From positions 434,001-498,000 of the forward strand of contig CM026548.1 in NCBI GenBank assembly GCA_014905635.1: a DNA stretch of 64,000 nucleotides. The letters are read 5' to 3'. The translations under genes were made by a program, and so were the position numbers. Under the pieces are notes generated by a model, which made no database searches, was not told the origin of the DNA, and saw nothing but the letters and a program-made list of their open reading frames with translations. This document shows positions 41,243 to 53,967 of this stretch, one piece after another. Within the stretch, counting starts at the first letter, position 1; each line of letters opens with the position of its first letter. The DNA is from Scenedesmus sp. PABB004. Lineage: Eukaryota.

Positions 41243-41635
41243 GCTCCGTGTGCGGGCCGGCGCGGCGGCGTGGCCGACCAGGCAATCAGGCTGCCACACG
41301 AGCCCCCGGCGCGGCCCGGGCAGCTGCGGGCGCTCGACGGCGCCGCGGCGGGCCCGCGCCAGCAACGCGGCGCGCTGCGAGCGCGGCGCGCGTGCGGCGG
41401 GCGGCGGCAGCGCGCGGCGGCGCGCGAGCGATGCGGGATGTTGGGTGGCACCTGCGGCGCCACCTGCCTGTCGGCTCCAGGGCGCAGACGACCGCCGCGA
41501 CCGGCGGGCTGCTGCTCGGAGGGCGCCGCGCGCCCCGCAGGCGGGTGCCCGTCCCACACACCTGGCAGCGCTGCGCGGCCCAGCTCCGGTCGCTGGGAGG
41601 ACACCGCGCCCGCCGCAGCACATCGCGCCGGCGCC

Positions 41636-42902
41636 ATGCTCGCCTCGCGCCAGGGCCAGCTGCTGGGCCGCTCGGCGGCGCAGCCGCTGCGGCCGCAGGT
41701 CGCGCTGCGCCCCGCCCGCATCGTGAGTGGGCGCCCGGGGCCCGCCGGCGGCGCGCGCCGCAATGGGCCGCCCCCGACCACACCGCATCGCCGCCCGCCG
41801 CAGGCCCAGCCCGTCGCGCGCAGCCCGCTGGTGTGCCGAGCAGCCGCGGAGGTGGTGGAGGCGGACGTGGCCGGCGCCAAGGGCGGCGTGGCGCACCTCC
41901 GCTTCAAGCGCGGCAGCGTGTTCAAGGTGCGGCAGCAGTCGCGGCGCCCCGGCCGCCCCCGGGGCCGCGTTGATGCCCCGCGTGGGCGCCCCGGTCGGGA
42001 CCGCCCGACGAGCGCGCGGAGCGCCCGGCGGGGCGTGCAATCCGGGCGCCAGCGGGCGGCGCCGGCGCGCGGCGGCAGCAGCGGCGGCGACGCGGCGGCC
42101 GGCGCGCGGGTCGGCGCCCCGGGCCCGGCAGCGGCAGCGGCCCGCTGGCGTGGCGTCGGCAGAGGCAGCAGTGGCATGCGGGAGCGGTCGCTCCAGCGAC
42201 GGCCAGCCGCAGCAGCGACCGCCGGGCGGCCGCCGGCGGCGGCCCCGGGCGGCCGCGGCCGCAGCGCGCGCCCCCGCCCCCTGCGCCGCCGCCAGGCACG
42301 CACGCGCGCCGCGCGCCCGCGCGCCCACGCCCCGCGCCGCGCGCCGCGCCGCCCCGGCCGCAGGTGCGGCGCGTCCTGGACGTGATGCGGGGGCGGAGCT
42401 TTGAGGACGCGATCCTCATGATGGAGTACATGCCCTACCGCGCGTGCGAGGAGATCCTCAAGGCCCTCAAGAGCGTGAGTGCGCGGCGGGGCAGCTGGCC
42501 GCGCTGAATTGAATTGAGCGGCGCGCCGGGGCGGTGGGGGCGCACAGCGGCGCGCGGGCGAGCTCACGCGCACGCGCACGCCGCCGCCGGCGCGCAGGCC
42601 GCGGCGAACGCCAAGAACAACGAGGGCGCGCAGAAGAGCAAGCTGGTGGTTGCCGAGGCGTTTGCCGACCAGGGCCCCATCCTCAAGCGCTTCCGCTGCC
42701 GCGCGCAGGGCAGGTGCGTGCGTGCGCGCTGCGGGCGGGGCGCGGGCGGCGCAGCGCGGCGCACGCGCCCGCGCGCGCGGCGCGCCGGGCCTAGTGTCGA
42801 CGCCCGGCCCGCGCCGCGCCGCCGCCGCCGCCGTCCCCCAGGGGCTTCAAGATCGCCAAGCCGACCTTCCACCTCACCATTCGCCTGGAGGAGAGGGAAT
42901 GA
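41636..42902 (+). CDS. RPL22: Plastid 50S ribosomal protein L22 (nuclear-encoded, transit peptide), 4 introns
   Basis: [51 protein letters not shown]...[31 protein letters not shown]. The leader ends in a VCRA-A-type cleavage motif. TGTAA at 42986. Confidence 0.95.
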
Positions 42903-43172
42903 GCGGCGCGGCGCGGCGCGGCGAGCAGCAGCGGCAGCGGGCGGGGGGAGCACTTGCGGGCCGGGGGGAGTCCTGGGGAGGGGCTTGTAAGGACGGTTCG
43001 GACCCCGGCGTCACGTTGTCAGAGAGCAGGGTTCATGGCCGCGTGCGCCGCCGGCCGCGCTGCGCCGCGTGGTCATGGCCGCCGCCGCCGCGCCGGCGGG
43101 GCCAGGGCGGCGAGCACGGATTAGGCGGGTTCGGGCCAACATAGACCGGGGCGCTGGCGACCTGCGGCCACC

Positions 43173-44798
43173 ATGGACCGCCGCAAGGCCCAGCAGCCTA
43201 TCGTCTGCCACGGACACAGCCGCCCCATCGTAGAGGTTAACTACAGGCGCGTCGCGGGGACGGGGGAGGGGCGGCGGCGCCGCGGGCGATCGGGCAGCGC
43301 GGGGCGGGAGGGGGGCGTTTGGCATCGGCCGTCGCGGGCGTCCCCCGGCGCGCCTGGGGCGCCCTGCGGCGCGCACGGGCGCCCGTTAGATGCTGGGCGA
43401 CGCTGCCCACGCGTGGACCGCCCCGGAGCCGCACTCTGACGCCGCCCCGCGCCGTGGGGCCGCGCCATCCGCCGCAGCAATGTGACCCCCGACGGCTACT
43501 TCCTAGTGAGCGCTAGCAAGGATGGGCAGCCCATGCTTCGATCTGGGACGACGGGAGACTGGATCGGCACCTTCCTCGGGCACAAGGTGCGCCGAGCGGC
43601 GGCGGCGGCGCGCGGCAGCAGCGGCAGCGGCAGCGCGCGCCGCGCGCGCGCCCCCGCCGCGCTGCCTCACACGCGCTGCTGCCTCACACGCCGCCGCCGC
43701 CGCCGCCGCGCGCCCGCCGGGCAGGGCGCGGTGTGGTCGTGCGCGCTCGACCCGACCGCCACCATCGCGGCGACGGCGTCGGCCGACTTCAGCGCGAAGC
43801 TCTGGGACGCGCTGACGGGCCTCGAGCGCGCGACGCTCCAGCACAAGCACATCGTGCGCACCACGTGCTTCAGCCCCTGCAGCGGCAAGCTCGTCACGGG
43901 CGGGTACGAGCGGCTGCTGCGCCTGTTTGACGTCGAGCGGCCAGAGGAGGCGCCCACGGAGCTGCCCGGCGCGCCGGCGGCGATCCGCGCGGCCGTGTTT
44001 GTCGGGCCCAGCGACGCCATGGTCGTGTCGTCGACCAACGACCACGCCGGGCTCACCGTGTGGGACCTGCGCACCGGCGCGGTCGTGCGGGAGCTGCCAA
44101 CGGTCGGGCCCGTGACCTCGGTCGACGTGAGCGCCCGCGCCGGCGGCGCGCGCGCGGGTGGCCGCGCGCCGCGCCCGCGCACCGCCCACGCGCCGCCCAC
44201 GCGCCGCGCCCGCGTGTGCGCCGCAGCTCACGCACGACGGGCGCTGGCTGACGACGACGGACAACCGCAACACCGTGCGCGTGTGGGACGTCGCGTCGCT
44301 CGACGCGCCGGCCAAGACCTTCACCGTGGCCTACCCCGCCGAGGCGGCGAGCTACTGCCCCGCCAAGAACAAGTGCGCCGCCGCGCGCGGCGCGCGCAGA
44401 CTTATTTGGTGTGGGGAGGGGCACAAAGGGCGGGCCGGAGGGGGCGCCGCGGGCGCGCGCGCGCGGCCGAGGGCCGCGCTAAGCGCTGCGCCCGGCGCCG
44501 CCGCTCGCGCGCGCGCAGGTTTGCAGCGGGCGGCGAGGACATGTGGGTGCACCTGCACAGCGCGGACACCGGCGAGGAGCTGGAGGTGCTCAAGGGCCAC
44601 CACGGGCCGGTGCACACGGTGCGCTTCGGGCCCGACGGCAAGGAGTATGCGTCCGGCAGCGAGGACGGCACCATCCGCATCTGGCAGACCGACTGGCTCG
44701 AGACGCAGGCAGCCGCCGGCGGCGGCGGCGGCGGCGGCGGCGCCAACGGCGCGCCGCAGCAGCCGGCGCCCGCGCCGTACGCCAACGGCGCGCACTGA
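43173..44798 (+). CDS. STRAP: Serine-threonine kinase receptor-associated protein (STRAP/UNRIP, WD40)
   Basis: PIVCHGHSRPIVEVNYSNVTPDGYFLVSASKDGQPMLR.G.TGDWIGTFLGHKGAVW, ASADFSAKLWDA, HKHIVR, GGEDMWV and KGHHGPVHTVRFGPDG..YASGSEDGTIRIW. Confidence 0.96.
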
Positions 44799-45205
44799 GC
44801 GCGCGGACCGCGGTCCGCGGCTCGGCGGCGGGCGCGTCGCCCGCGGCGGGCCCTTCCTTTCCCTCTCTCTCTCGTTCAGTCTCCATCGCGCGCTCACTCA
44901 GGATAGTAACCGCATCGTGGGGCGCGCTGTTCTTGTTCTGAGTTGCAGGATGGGTGATGGCACCAGTGCCAGCCGCAGCATCGGGCCAGAGATTCCAGCT
45001 TGCTGCGGCCTGCTAGAACTGCGCGGCGCACTCGTGCCAGCCCCCACAGCCCGCACCCAGCCCGCCACGCGCTGCCGCTGAGCCGCGCGGCGAGCCCGCG
45101 TCGCGACGCCCGCCGCCGCCGCGCGGGCGCCCCAGCTCTCCGGCCCCTGCCGCTCGCCCCAGCGTCGCCAATCCCGGCCGTCGCTGCGGGGGGCGCGCCG
45201 CGGAG

Positions 45206-47744
45206 ATGCACGCGGCACCCGGCTCGCTGCTGGCGCTGCTGCGAGCGCTGCTGCCGCTGCTGGCCCTCTGCACCACCATGGCCGAGGCCCGGCTGCCTGG
45301 CCTGGACGTGGCCGGCCGGCTGTCGACCAAGGCGCGCGCTGCTGCTGCTGCTGCTGCTGGCATCGCTGCCGGCGCCGGCGCCGCTCGGCTGGCGCCAGCG
45401 CGGACGCTGCGCGACCGCCGCGCAGCGCTCGCCTGGCGCCAGCTCTGGCCTGACCGCCGCCGGCGCCGCGGCCGCCGCTGCGACCGCAGGCTCCGTACGC
45501 GCGCCGCGTCCTGACGCCGGGCGCGCCGTCGCTGCACGAGCTGCCCGACCCGCCCGGCTACGAGCCGCGCTTGGTCTACCTGCTCGCGCGCCACGGCAGC
45601 CGCTGGTGCGGCGCCGCGGTGCTGCGGTGCCGACGCTGGGGCGTCGCGCGCGCCGCGACCTGCCTGGCCCGCGCGCCGACCCGACCTGACCGCTCGCGCG
45701 CGCTCAGGCCGACGGCGAAGCGCATGCGCCAGATCAACGCCCTTGCGCCGCTGCTGCGGGTGCGGGCGCCCGCCGGCCGGCCGGCGCGGCGCGGCGCGGC
45801 GCGACGCACACAGGGCGCCGGCCGCCGCTGGCGCCGCGCGCGCAGGCCGCCGACGCGCGGCGCCACCCTTGGGCGGCAAACTGGACGTCGCCCGTGGCCG
45901 GCGTCCCCGACCTCGCGGGCGAGCTGCACCCCGCGGGTGGGCGCCGCGGCGCCGCGCGCCGGCTCGGCGGCGGCGCCCGCGCCACCGCCGCCGCTCCGCG
46001 CTGCCGCTGCTGCACGCCGCCGAGGACCGCCGCCGCCGCCGCCGCCGCCGCCGCCAGGCGAGGCTGAGATGCTGGGGCTGGCGGCGCGCCTGCGCGAGCG
46101 CTTCCCGGCGCTGGCGGCCGTGCCGTACGCGCCGCGGCGCTTCCCGCTCATCTCAACGCAGGCGCGACGCCGGCGCGCAGCGCCCGCCCGCAGCCCGGCC
46201 CGGCCCGCGCGGCCGGCGAGCGCGCCGCCCCCGGCGAGCGCGCCGCCGCCCGCCCGGCGCGCCGCAGGTGCCGCGTGCCGCGCAGTCGGCGAGCGCGTTT
46301 GCTCTGGGCTTCTTCGGCCGCGCGGTGCCCGCGGGAAGCGGCGCCAGCAGCGCTGGCGGCGGCGGCAGCGGGGGCTGGCTGCCGCAGCCGGTCGCGCTGA
46401 GCATGCTGCCAAAGCACCACGACCCCGTGCTGCGCTTTTTTGACGCGTGCGGGGCGTTCCGGCGACACGAGGACGAGACCGCACGCTGGCTGGTGCGCCC
46501 GCACGCGCGGTGTGTGTGTGTGTGGGGGGGAGGGGGCGTGCCGCGCCGACCCGCGCCGCGCCGCACTGAGCTGCTCGCGCCGCGCCGCGCTCCGCAGGCG
46601 CCCTGGATGCTCGGCCACTGGCGGCGCCTCGCGCCGCGCCTGGAGGCGCGCCTCGGCGGCGCGGCGCGGGTGGCGCCGTGCCACGTCGACGCGCTTTGGC
46701 AACTGTGCTCCGTCGAGGCGGGGCTGCTCGGCGGCGGCGGCGGCGGCGCGGCGGCGGCGGCGGCGGCGCGTGCGCGCTGTTTGAGGGCGAGGACGCGGCA
46801 CTGATGGAGTGGCTGGACGACGTGCGCCTGTGGGAGACGCACGGCCACGGCGCGGCCGTCAACTATGAGATCGCCGCGCCGCTGCTCGCCGACGCCGCGG
46901 GCGCGCTCACGCGCGCCGCCGCGGCCGGCGGCGGGCGGCACGCGCAGCGCGCGCGGCTCCACTTTGCGCACGCCGAGACGCTCGCGCCGCTGGCCAGCCT
47001 GCTTGGGCTCTTTGCGCAGCCAGCGGGCGTGGCGGCGGCGGCGCCCCTTCTGGCGGAGGCGGCGGCGCGCGTGAGCGCGGCGCAGGCGGACGCGGACCTG
47101 GACGCCGTGGGCGGCGTCGCGGAGGACCTGCCGCTGCTGCTGCTGGGCGAGGGCGAGCAGGAGCGGGCGGCGAAGCGTCGCCGCCTGACGGACGCCGTCA
47201 GCGGCAGCGACGACGCCAGCGGCAGCGACGCCAGCAGCTGGGGCAGCGGCGGCAGCTGGGGCGGCAGTGACAGCAGCGACTCTGCGACCAGCGGCGAGGG
47301 CTGCGCCTGGAAGGGTGGCCCGCTGGACCCCGGCCGCCTGCTGCCGCCGCCGCCGGGCTGGAAGCCGCCGTTCGCACTGAGCGACGACCGCCGGCCGTGG
47401 CGCGGCGGGCGCGTCGCGCCGCTGGGGGCAACCTGTTGTTCGTGCTCTATGCGCGGTGGCGAGGCCACGGCGGCGGCGGCGGCGAGCACCTCGTGCGCCT
47501 GGCCTACAACGAGCAGGTGCTGCCGCTCCCGGGCTGCGCCGGCGGCGGCGTGGACGTGCCGCTGGCCGAGTTTGTCGAACGCGTCGTCGCGCGGCGTGCC
47601 GACGCGACGGCGTTTGCGCGGCACTGCGACCCCGGCGCGCTCGCGGCGCTGCGCGGCGCTGGGGGGCAGGCGCTGCTGCTGGGCGGCGGCGGCGGCGCGC
47701 AGCGTGGCTGGGGCGCGGCCGACGAGGAGGAGCCCGGCGGCTCG

Positions 47745-47778
<34 letters not shown>

Positions 47779-47882
47779 GCGCCGGCAGTGGCGGCGCGCT
47801 GGAGCTCACCACCGCGGACGGGCTGCCGCTGCTGCTGCCCGGCGCCGGCGAGGCGGCGCGGCGGGGCGCGGCGGCGCACTGA
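45206..47882 (+). CDS. MINPP1: Multiple inositol polyphosphate phosphatase / histidine acid phytase with signal peptide (two apparent indel frameshifts)
   Basis: LSTKAPY, catalytic RHGSRWP, STQVPRA, DPVLRFFDAC, the MINPP-type proton-donor motif FAHAET, and VRLAYNEQ. Frame changes near 46750 and in the G run at about 47425. Confidence 0.9.
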
Positions 47883-48128
47883 GCCCTGGGTCTGGCGAGC
47901 GCTGAGCCGCGCGTGCAATGGCCATGCGCGCACGAGCACCTCCCGCTGCCGAGCGCTCTGCCCCAGGCCCTCCCAGCCCAGCATCGCCCGCGCGCAAACT
48001 CGCCGGCGCGCGCCGCGCCGACAGCTGCGCGCGAATTGTTGTCGGGGGCGCTGCCGCAGCGACCCGCGCGGGGCCGGGAGGCAGCGGCCAATCCGCGTGG
48101 CGGGAGGGACCAGGCCGCGGCCCGCAGC

Positions 48129-51100
48129 ATGGCCGCGGCCGTGGCGCACGCGCCGCCGCCACCGGCGCTGCTCGACGCCGTGTCGCCGTTCAGCCCGCCG
48201 GCCAGCCCCGGCGGTCCGGAGACGCCGCGCATGGCGGAGCACATCGGTGCGGCGCCGGGCCGCGCGGCGGTCGGGCCGCGACAGGGGGCGCGCAACTGAC
48301 CCGGCGCGCTGCTTTCGGTTGGCCGCCGCAGAGCACGACGTGCTGCGCCACTTCCAGCAGCTCTGGCCGCCCGGCGACCAGCAGCTGCCGACGCTGCACA
48401 CGCCGGTGCGGCGCGCGGCGGGCCGCTGCGCCGCGCGCCGCTGCGCGCGCGCGCGCTGCGCAGCCCACACCCGGCGCCCTCCCCCGCGCAGGCGCCGCTG
48501 CCGGGGAGCGTGATGGCGCTGGTGCACGAGCAGGCGCGCCTGCGGCAGATCGAGGTGCGCGCCCGTCGCTGGCGGGCGAGCGGCGCGCGGACCGCCGCGG
48601 CCGGCGCGCGCGCGCCCACGCCGCGCCGCGCGCCGCAGAACCACGCCCAGCTCTGCCTGGGCGAGGAGGCGCTGCGCGCGCTCGAGGCGCTGCTGGAGCG
48701 ACACGCCGTGCAGCCGGCGCCGGGGCTGGGCGTCGACCCAGGCGAGCCGCGCATCAACTACGACGGCTTCTCCCTGGTGCGGCGGGGCGGGGCCGCGCCG
48801 CTGCGCGGCCACACGGCCCTCTGGCGCCCCTGCGCCACGCGCGCCGCGCCGCCGCCGACGCGCCGCACCGCCCCGCCGCCGCGCCAGGCCGCGGCAGCGG
48901 CGGCGGCCGAGCTCGGCCCGGCGCGGCGCAGTTTTTCGCGGCGAGCACGTTTCTCAAGTTTGACCGCGACGGCGCGGGCGCGATCAGCCTGCCGCTGTTC
49001 ATGCAGTACGTCACGCTGCGCGCGGCGAGCATGCGCCTGGTGCGCGCGCGGCGCGGCGCCGCGGCGCTCGCGCGGGGCCGCGGCCGGCGCCCTCTGCGCG
49101 TGCGCGCCCTGCGGCCGCACGGCGGCCGGCCGGCGGACCCAGCGAACTCACCCGCGCGCCCTCGCCCCCCGCCCCGCGCGCCCCCGCCGCGTCGGCGGCA
49201 GCGGCTGGCGCTCGCGGCGTACGACGAGGCCGGGCGGGGCGTGCTGGCGCTGCCGGCGCTGCAGCGCTACCTGGCCGACGCGGCGGCGGCCGCGCCGCTG
49301 CTGGCGGACATGGAGGTGCGGCGGGCGGGGCGGCCGAGCCCCAGGGGGGACGCGTGCACGCACGCCGTGCCGCTGCTGCACGGCCAGGGCCGGGGCGCAC
49401 GCTGCCTGTGGGGCTGCTGCGCGCGCGCCCAAAACCCCGCCGCCCGCCCGCGTGGCGCAGCCGTCGTTCCTGCCCCACTACCTGCGCATCGCCGCGCGCA
49501 AGCTGCTGCTCTTCCACGGCCGCCGCGGCCTCGGGGCCAAGCCCGCCGCGGCGCCGCGGCGGCCTCGGCGGGCGCAGCACCCGGGCGGCGGCGAGGCCTG
49601 CGGCGGCGGCGACGCCGAGCCGTTCGGCGGCGGCGGCGAGCCCTGGGGCGAGCGCGGCGGCGAGCGCGGCGGCGGCGGCGGGCAGCCGGTCGTGCGGCTG
49701 GCGGAGCTGGTGAACAGCCCGGTCATGGCGGAGCTGCAGGAGCTGCTGCTGCTCGGCCCCGGCGCTGAGGTCGAGCGCGACCTCTACAGCAACTGGTTTA
49801 GCCTGCAGGCGCGGCGGCGGCGCCGGCGCTGCGGCGAGCCCAGCGGGCGCGCGCTGCGCGGGCGGGCCGGCCGGCCAGCCAGCGGGGGCGGGGCCGGGCG
49901 CGCGCGCCGCTCGCCGACCGCAGCGCGCCCCGCCCCCCGCCCGCCGCGGCGCCGCCGCAGAGCGCGCAGCGCGTGTTTGCCACGTTCACGTCGTGGGACG
50001 CCGACGGCAGCGGCACGCTGAGCCGCGCCGAGTTCAGCGCGATCAGCCAGGCGCGGCCGCGGCGGCCGGGCCGCGCAGCCGGCGCGCGGCCGGGCGGGGC
50101 GACGCGCAGAGCGCACACAGAGCTCTCTCGCGCGGCGCGGGGGGCCAACACGCGCACGCCCGTGCTCGCCGCTGCCCTGGGGGGTGCCGCAGGGGGCGAT
50201 GACCGATCTCTTCATCGCGCGCGTGTTTGAGGAGCATGTCGCGCCGCAGCGCGGCGCCGCGTGGCCGCCGCCCGCTGCCGCGCCGCCCGATGACGCCGGC
50301 AGCCCGCGCCGCGGCGGCGCCGGCGGCCTGCCGGCGCTGCCGCGCGCCGGCGGCGGCGCCGGCTCGCCGCCGGCGCGCGGGCGCGGCGGCGGCGGCGCGC
50401 CGCCGCCGCTGCCGCCCGGCGCGGCGGGGCCGCGTGACGAGATGGACCTGCTTGCCTTTGCCGACTTTGTGCTCGCGTGGGACCACCGCAACCACCCCGC
50501 GGCGGTGCCCTACTTTTTCAAAATCTTCGACATCCACCACCGGGCACGCGCCGCGCGCCGCACACCCGCTGCCGCCGCCGGGGGCGCCGCGCGCGCGCGC
50601 GGCCCCTCCCTCGCTCACGCGCCCGCGGCCGCCGCTGGCCCGCCCCGTCCGGCCCCCGCCCGCACGTCGCCCTCCCTCCCCGCAGGGCTACCTCACGCTC
50701 GCTGACCTCTACACCTTTTTCCGCGAGGCGCGCGCCCGCCGCCGCGCCGCGCGCCGCACCCCGGCGCCCCGCCGCCGCCGCTGCCGCCGCCCTCTGAATC
50801 GCCCTCTGAACCCTCCTCTGACCCTCCTCGTGCCGTGCCGCCAGGTGCACTTGCTGTGGGTGGGCATGGGCGAGTACGCCGAGCTGGGCGTGTACGACGT
50901 GCTGGACGAGCTCATGGACATGGTGCAGCCCGCGGTGGGTGTTTTGGGGCGCGGCGGGCGGTTTAGGGCTTCCCAGCTTGTGGGGCTGTTGACCCGCAGG
51001 GGCGTCGAGGGCCGCACCGGCGACCGAGCCGCCCCCGCGGCCGCCGGTGTCGCCGGCGTCGCAGGTGCCGGGCCGCATCACGCGCGCCGACCTGGAGGCG

Positions 51101-51226
51101 TCCAAGATCTCGGGCACCTTCTTCAGCGTCCTCTCAAACGTCGACCAGTTCTACCAGTACAACTACAGGGAGAACCTCATGCACCCAGAGGACACACCGG
51201 GCGGCGGCGCGCCGGGCGGCGCGTGA
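48129..51226 (+). CDS. TON2: PP2A regulatory subunit B'' (TON2/FASS, PPP2R3C-like) with EF-hands
   Basis: RINYDGF, STFLKFDRD..GAISL, YLRIAARK, NWFSLQSAQRVF...WDADGSGTLSRAEF, MTDLFIARVFEEHV, MDLLAFADFVLA, YFFKIFDI..RGYLT..DLYTFFRE, DVLDELMDMVQP and FYQYNYRENL. Confidence 0.92.
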
Positions 51227-51397
51227 CGCGCGGTGTCGGAGCGCGGCGACAGAGCGGCGCGGCGCGGCGACAGAGCGGCGCGGCGCGGGCGCGGCGGGGA
51301 GGTTACCGCTCCTCCGCCCCGAGCGCGCGCGCGGGCGGCGCGGGCGGCCGGGAACAGCGCGGCGCGGCCGCGCGGCCGGCGGGCGGCGCGCGCGCGC

Positions 51398-53316
51398 TCA
51401 CGCGCCCGGCCCGAGCCCCGCGGCGCCGAGCAGCGCCCACTCGCCGCTCAGGCTGCACCGCGGCCCGCTCGGCCCGCGCAGCTCCTCGACCGCATACTCA
51501 TACAACAGCCCGCCGGCGGTGGCCACCACCAGGCTCACCTGCGCGCGGCGGCGGCGGGGCGGCGAGGCCAGCCAGGCTGGGCGCAGCACGCAGCGCGCAG
51601 CGCGGCGCGGGCGCGCCGGCGGCCGGGGCGCGTGCCGCGCGCGCGGCGCCGCGCCTGGCCCTCCTCCTCGGGCGGCAGCGGCGCGGCGTCGCTCAGCCCC
51701 GAGCTCGCGCCGCCGCCGTCAAAGCCGGCCGGCCCGCCTCCCGTGGCGGGGTGCTGCAGCGCGCACACGGCGGGCACACCCGCGCAGGGCAGGCGCAGGC
51801 TGGCGATGCTGCGCTGCGGCTCGACCTGCGGCGGCGGCGCGGCGGCGGCGGCGTGTCAGTCAGCAGCCCCGCCCGTGCGCTGTGTTGCAGGGTCTAGAGA
51901 TGGGCGCCCGCCTGCCCTGCGCCGCACCATGTCTGACACCGTGTGGCTCATCACCGCCGACAGCAGCCCCGCCGCCGCGCTCGCCGCGGCGGCGGCCGCG
52001 GAGCGCGTCGGCGGCTCGAGCCGGAACAGGTGCACCGTGCCGTGCCCGCTCGACGCGGCGAGCAGCGGCGGCGCGTAGCCGGCGGGCGAGAAGGCCAGGC
52101 AGTGCACCGCGGCGGGGTAGGTGCCGCGGCGGAACGAAAAGGCCTTGGTCGCGGTCGGCATGGCATGCACGCGGATGACCTGCGCGCGGCGGGGGCGAGG
52201 GCCCCCTCGGCGAGAGCAGGGGGAGGCCGCGCGCCGCCCCCACGCGGACACGAAACCAACCCCAAGCGCCCGCGGCGGCGGCGGCGGCGGCGGGCGCACC
52301 GTGCCGGTCGTGGACGCGGTCGCGAGCAGCGCCCCGTCGGCGCTCCACGCCATCGCCGCGAGCGGCGCCTTGTGCGCGTGCAGCTCGCACAGCACGTGCC
52401 CGCCGTCGGCGAGCAGGTCATACACGCGCAGCGACCCGCCGCCCCCGCCGCCCGCGGGCAGCGCGAGCAGGCACGGCTCCGCGCACGGCGTGAGCGCGGC
52501 GAGGCCGCCCGGGTTGGGCGGTGTCTCGAGGATGCGCAGCTGCGCGAGCGTCGAGAGCGCGTGCACGTGCGCGCGGCCGTCCAGCACCGCGACGAGCCTG
52601 GGCCGGCGCGCGAGCGAGACGGTGAGTATGAGTGTGTGTGAGACTTGGCATGTGGGAGCGTGTGTGCGTGAGAGTGAGTGTTTGGTGGGGGTGGGGACGG
52701 GGGGCACACCCGCCGCGCGCGCCCGCCGCCGCCGCGCACCGCTGGCGGTTGAGGCGCACGCCGAGCACGCTGCTGCTGAAGGAGAGGTCCCGGATGACGG
52801 CGCCGTTGCTGGTGTTGATCACGCGCAGCCGCCGCGGCGTGAGGCTCGGCTGGTCGCCTGCGGGCGGCCGCGGCGGCGCGGGCGGCCCCAGCCAGCGCTC
52901 GGCTGCTGGGGCGGCGAGCGCCGGCGCGCTGCGGCGCGCTGCGTGCTGTGCGCGCGGCGCGCACCCGCGCCGACGTAGGCCAGCAGGCTTGTGCAGAAGA
53001 GCATCTCAGCGATGCTGCGGCGGCGCGGGGACAGGCGGTCAGTCGACTGCTCAGCCGTTGCCACGGGCGGCCGCCCGCCGCTGCGCGCAGCGCCGCCGGC
53101 GCCACCGCTGCCGCCGCCGCCAACGCTGCCGCCGCTGCCGCCGCCGGCGGCGCCGCACCCCACGGCGCCAATGTCGTCGCGGAAGCAGGTCTGGTGCGTC
53201 TCCACGTGGTACACCCGGATGCCCTCCGCCGTGCCCACGGCCAGGCAGCTGGCGTCCTGGTTGAACGACAGCGACAGCAGGCCGGGGCAGTGCCGCCCGC
53301 CGCACGCGAGCGACAT
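51398..53316 (-). CDS. ATG18: Autophagy-related protein 18 (PROPPIN/WIPI family)
   Basis: SFNQDASCLAVGT, IAEMLFCTSLLAYVGAGDQPSLTPRRL, VRLNRQRLVAVL, LLATASTTGTVIRV and the phosphoinositide-binding motif FRRG. Confidence 0.95.
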
Positions 53317-53967
53317 CGCCCCGTCGCGCCGCCCGCTGCTCGCCGCGCGCCCGCCGCGCGCGCCGCAGCGGCGGCCGTCGGGCCGCCCCGCCCACGCCCG
53401 TGGGTGGCACTGAGGCAGCAAGAGCGCGGGAGGGGGCGCGCGGGGCGAGGTGGGAGCTGTGCGGGCGTGGTTTGGCGCGGCGCGCACCGCTGCTGCCGCT
53501 GCTGCCGCGCGGGACGGGGGCGCAGGACGGCGCGGCGGGGTGGCGTGGTGTGACGCAAAGTCTCACGGCGATCTCGGAGTGTAGCTCGGGGGCCGCCGGC
53601 GCGCGGCGGCCGCGGCGCTGCCGGCGGCGTGCGAGCCGGGGTTTTCGACGCGGGACGCGCCGCCGGTGCCGCGCCGCACGCGCTCGCCCCGCCCCACAGC
53701 TCCTTTCACGAACTCCTCGTCCCGGGAGTGGCGCAGCGGCGAACTCAGAGCACGCGTGAACGCACGCGCCCCTGCCGCCGCCGCTGCTCGCGCGCGCCCG
53801 CCCGCTGCATGCGCGCCGCGCTGCTGCTGGCCTGCAGATCGCCCCCACCGCACTCCTGCCGCGCCTGCCGCGCCGTAGCCGCCGCTGGGAGCGCCGTCGC
53901 CGCACACAGCTCTGCGGCGCGGCTCGCGCGGGTTGCGCCCGCGCCGCGCCCGCGCGCTGGCGCCGCG

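Noticed and set aside
51235..51290. Short tandem repeat (GCGCGGCGACAGAGCGGCGCG x2), and ANGAP-coding repeats at about 38263-38330, as CRISPR-like arrays
   Set aside because: Only 2-4 adjacent copies, no unique spacers, no cas genes, eukaryotic context.
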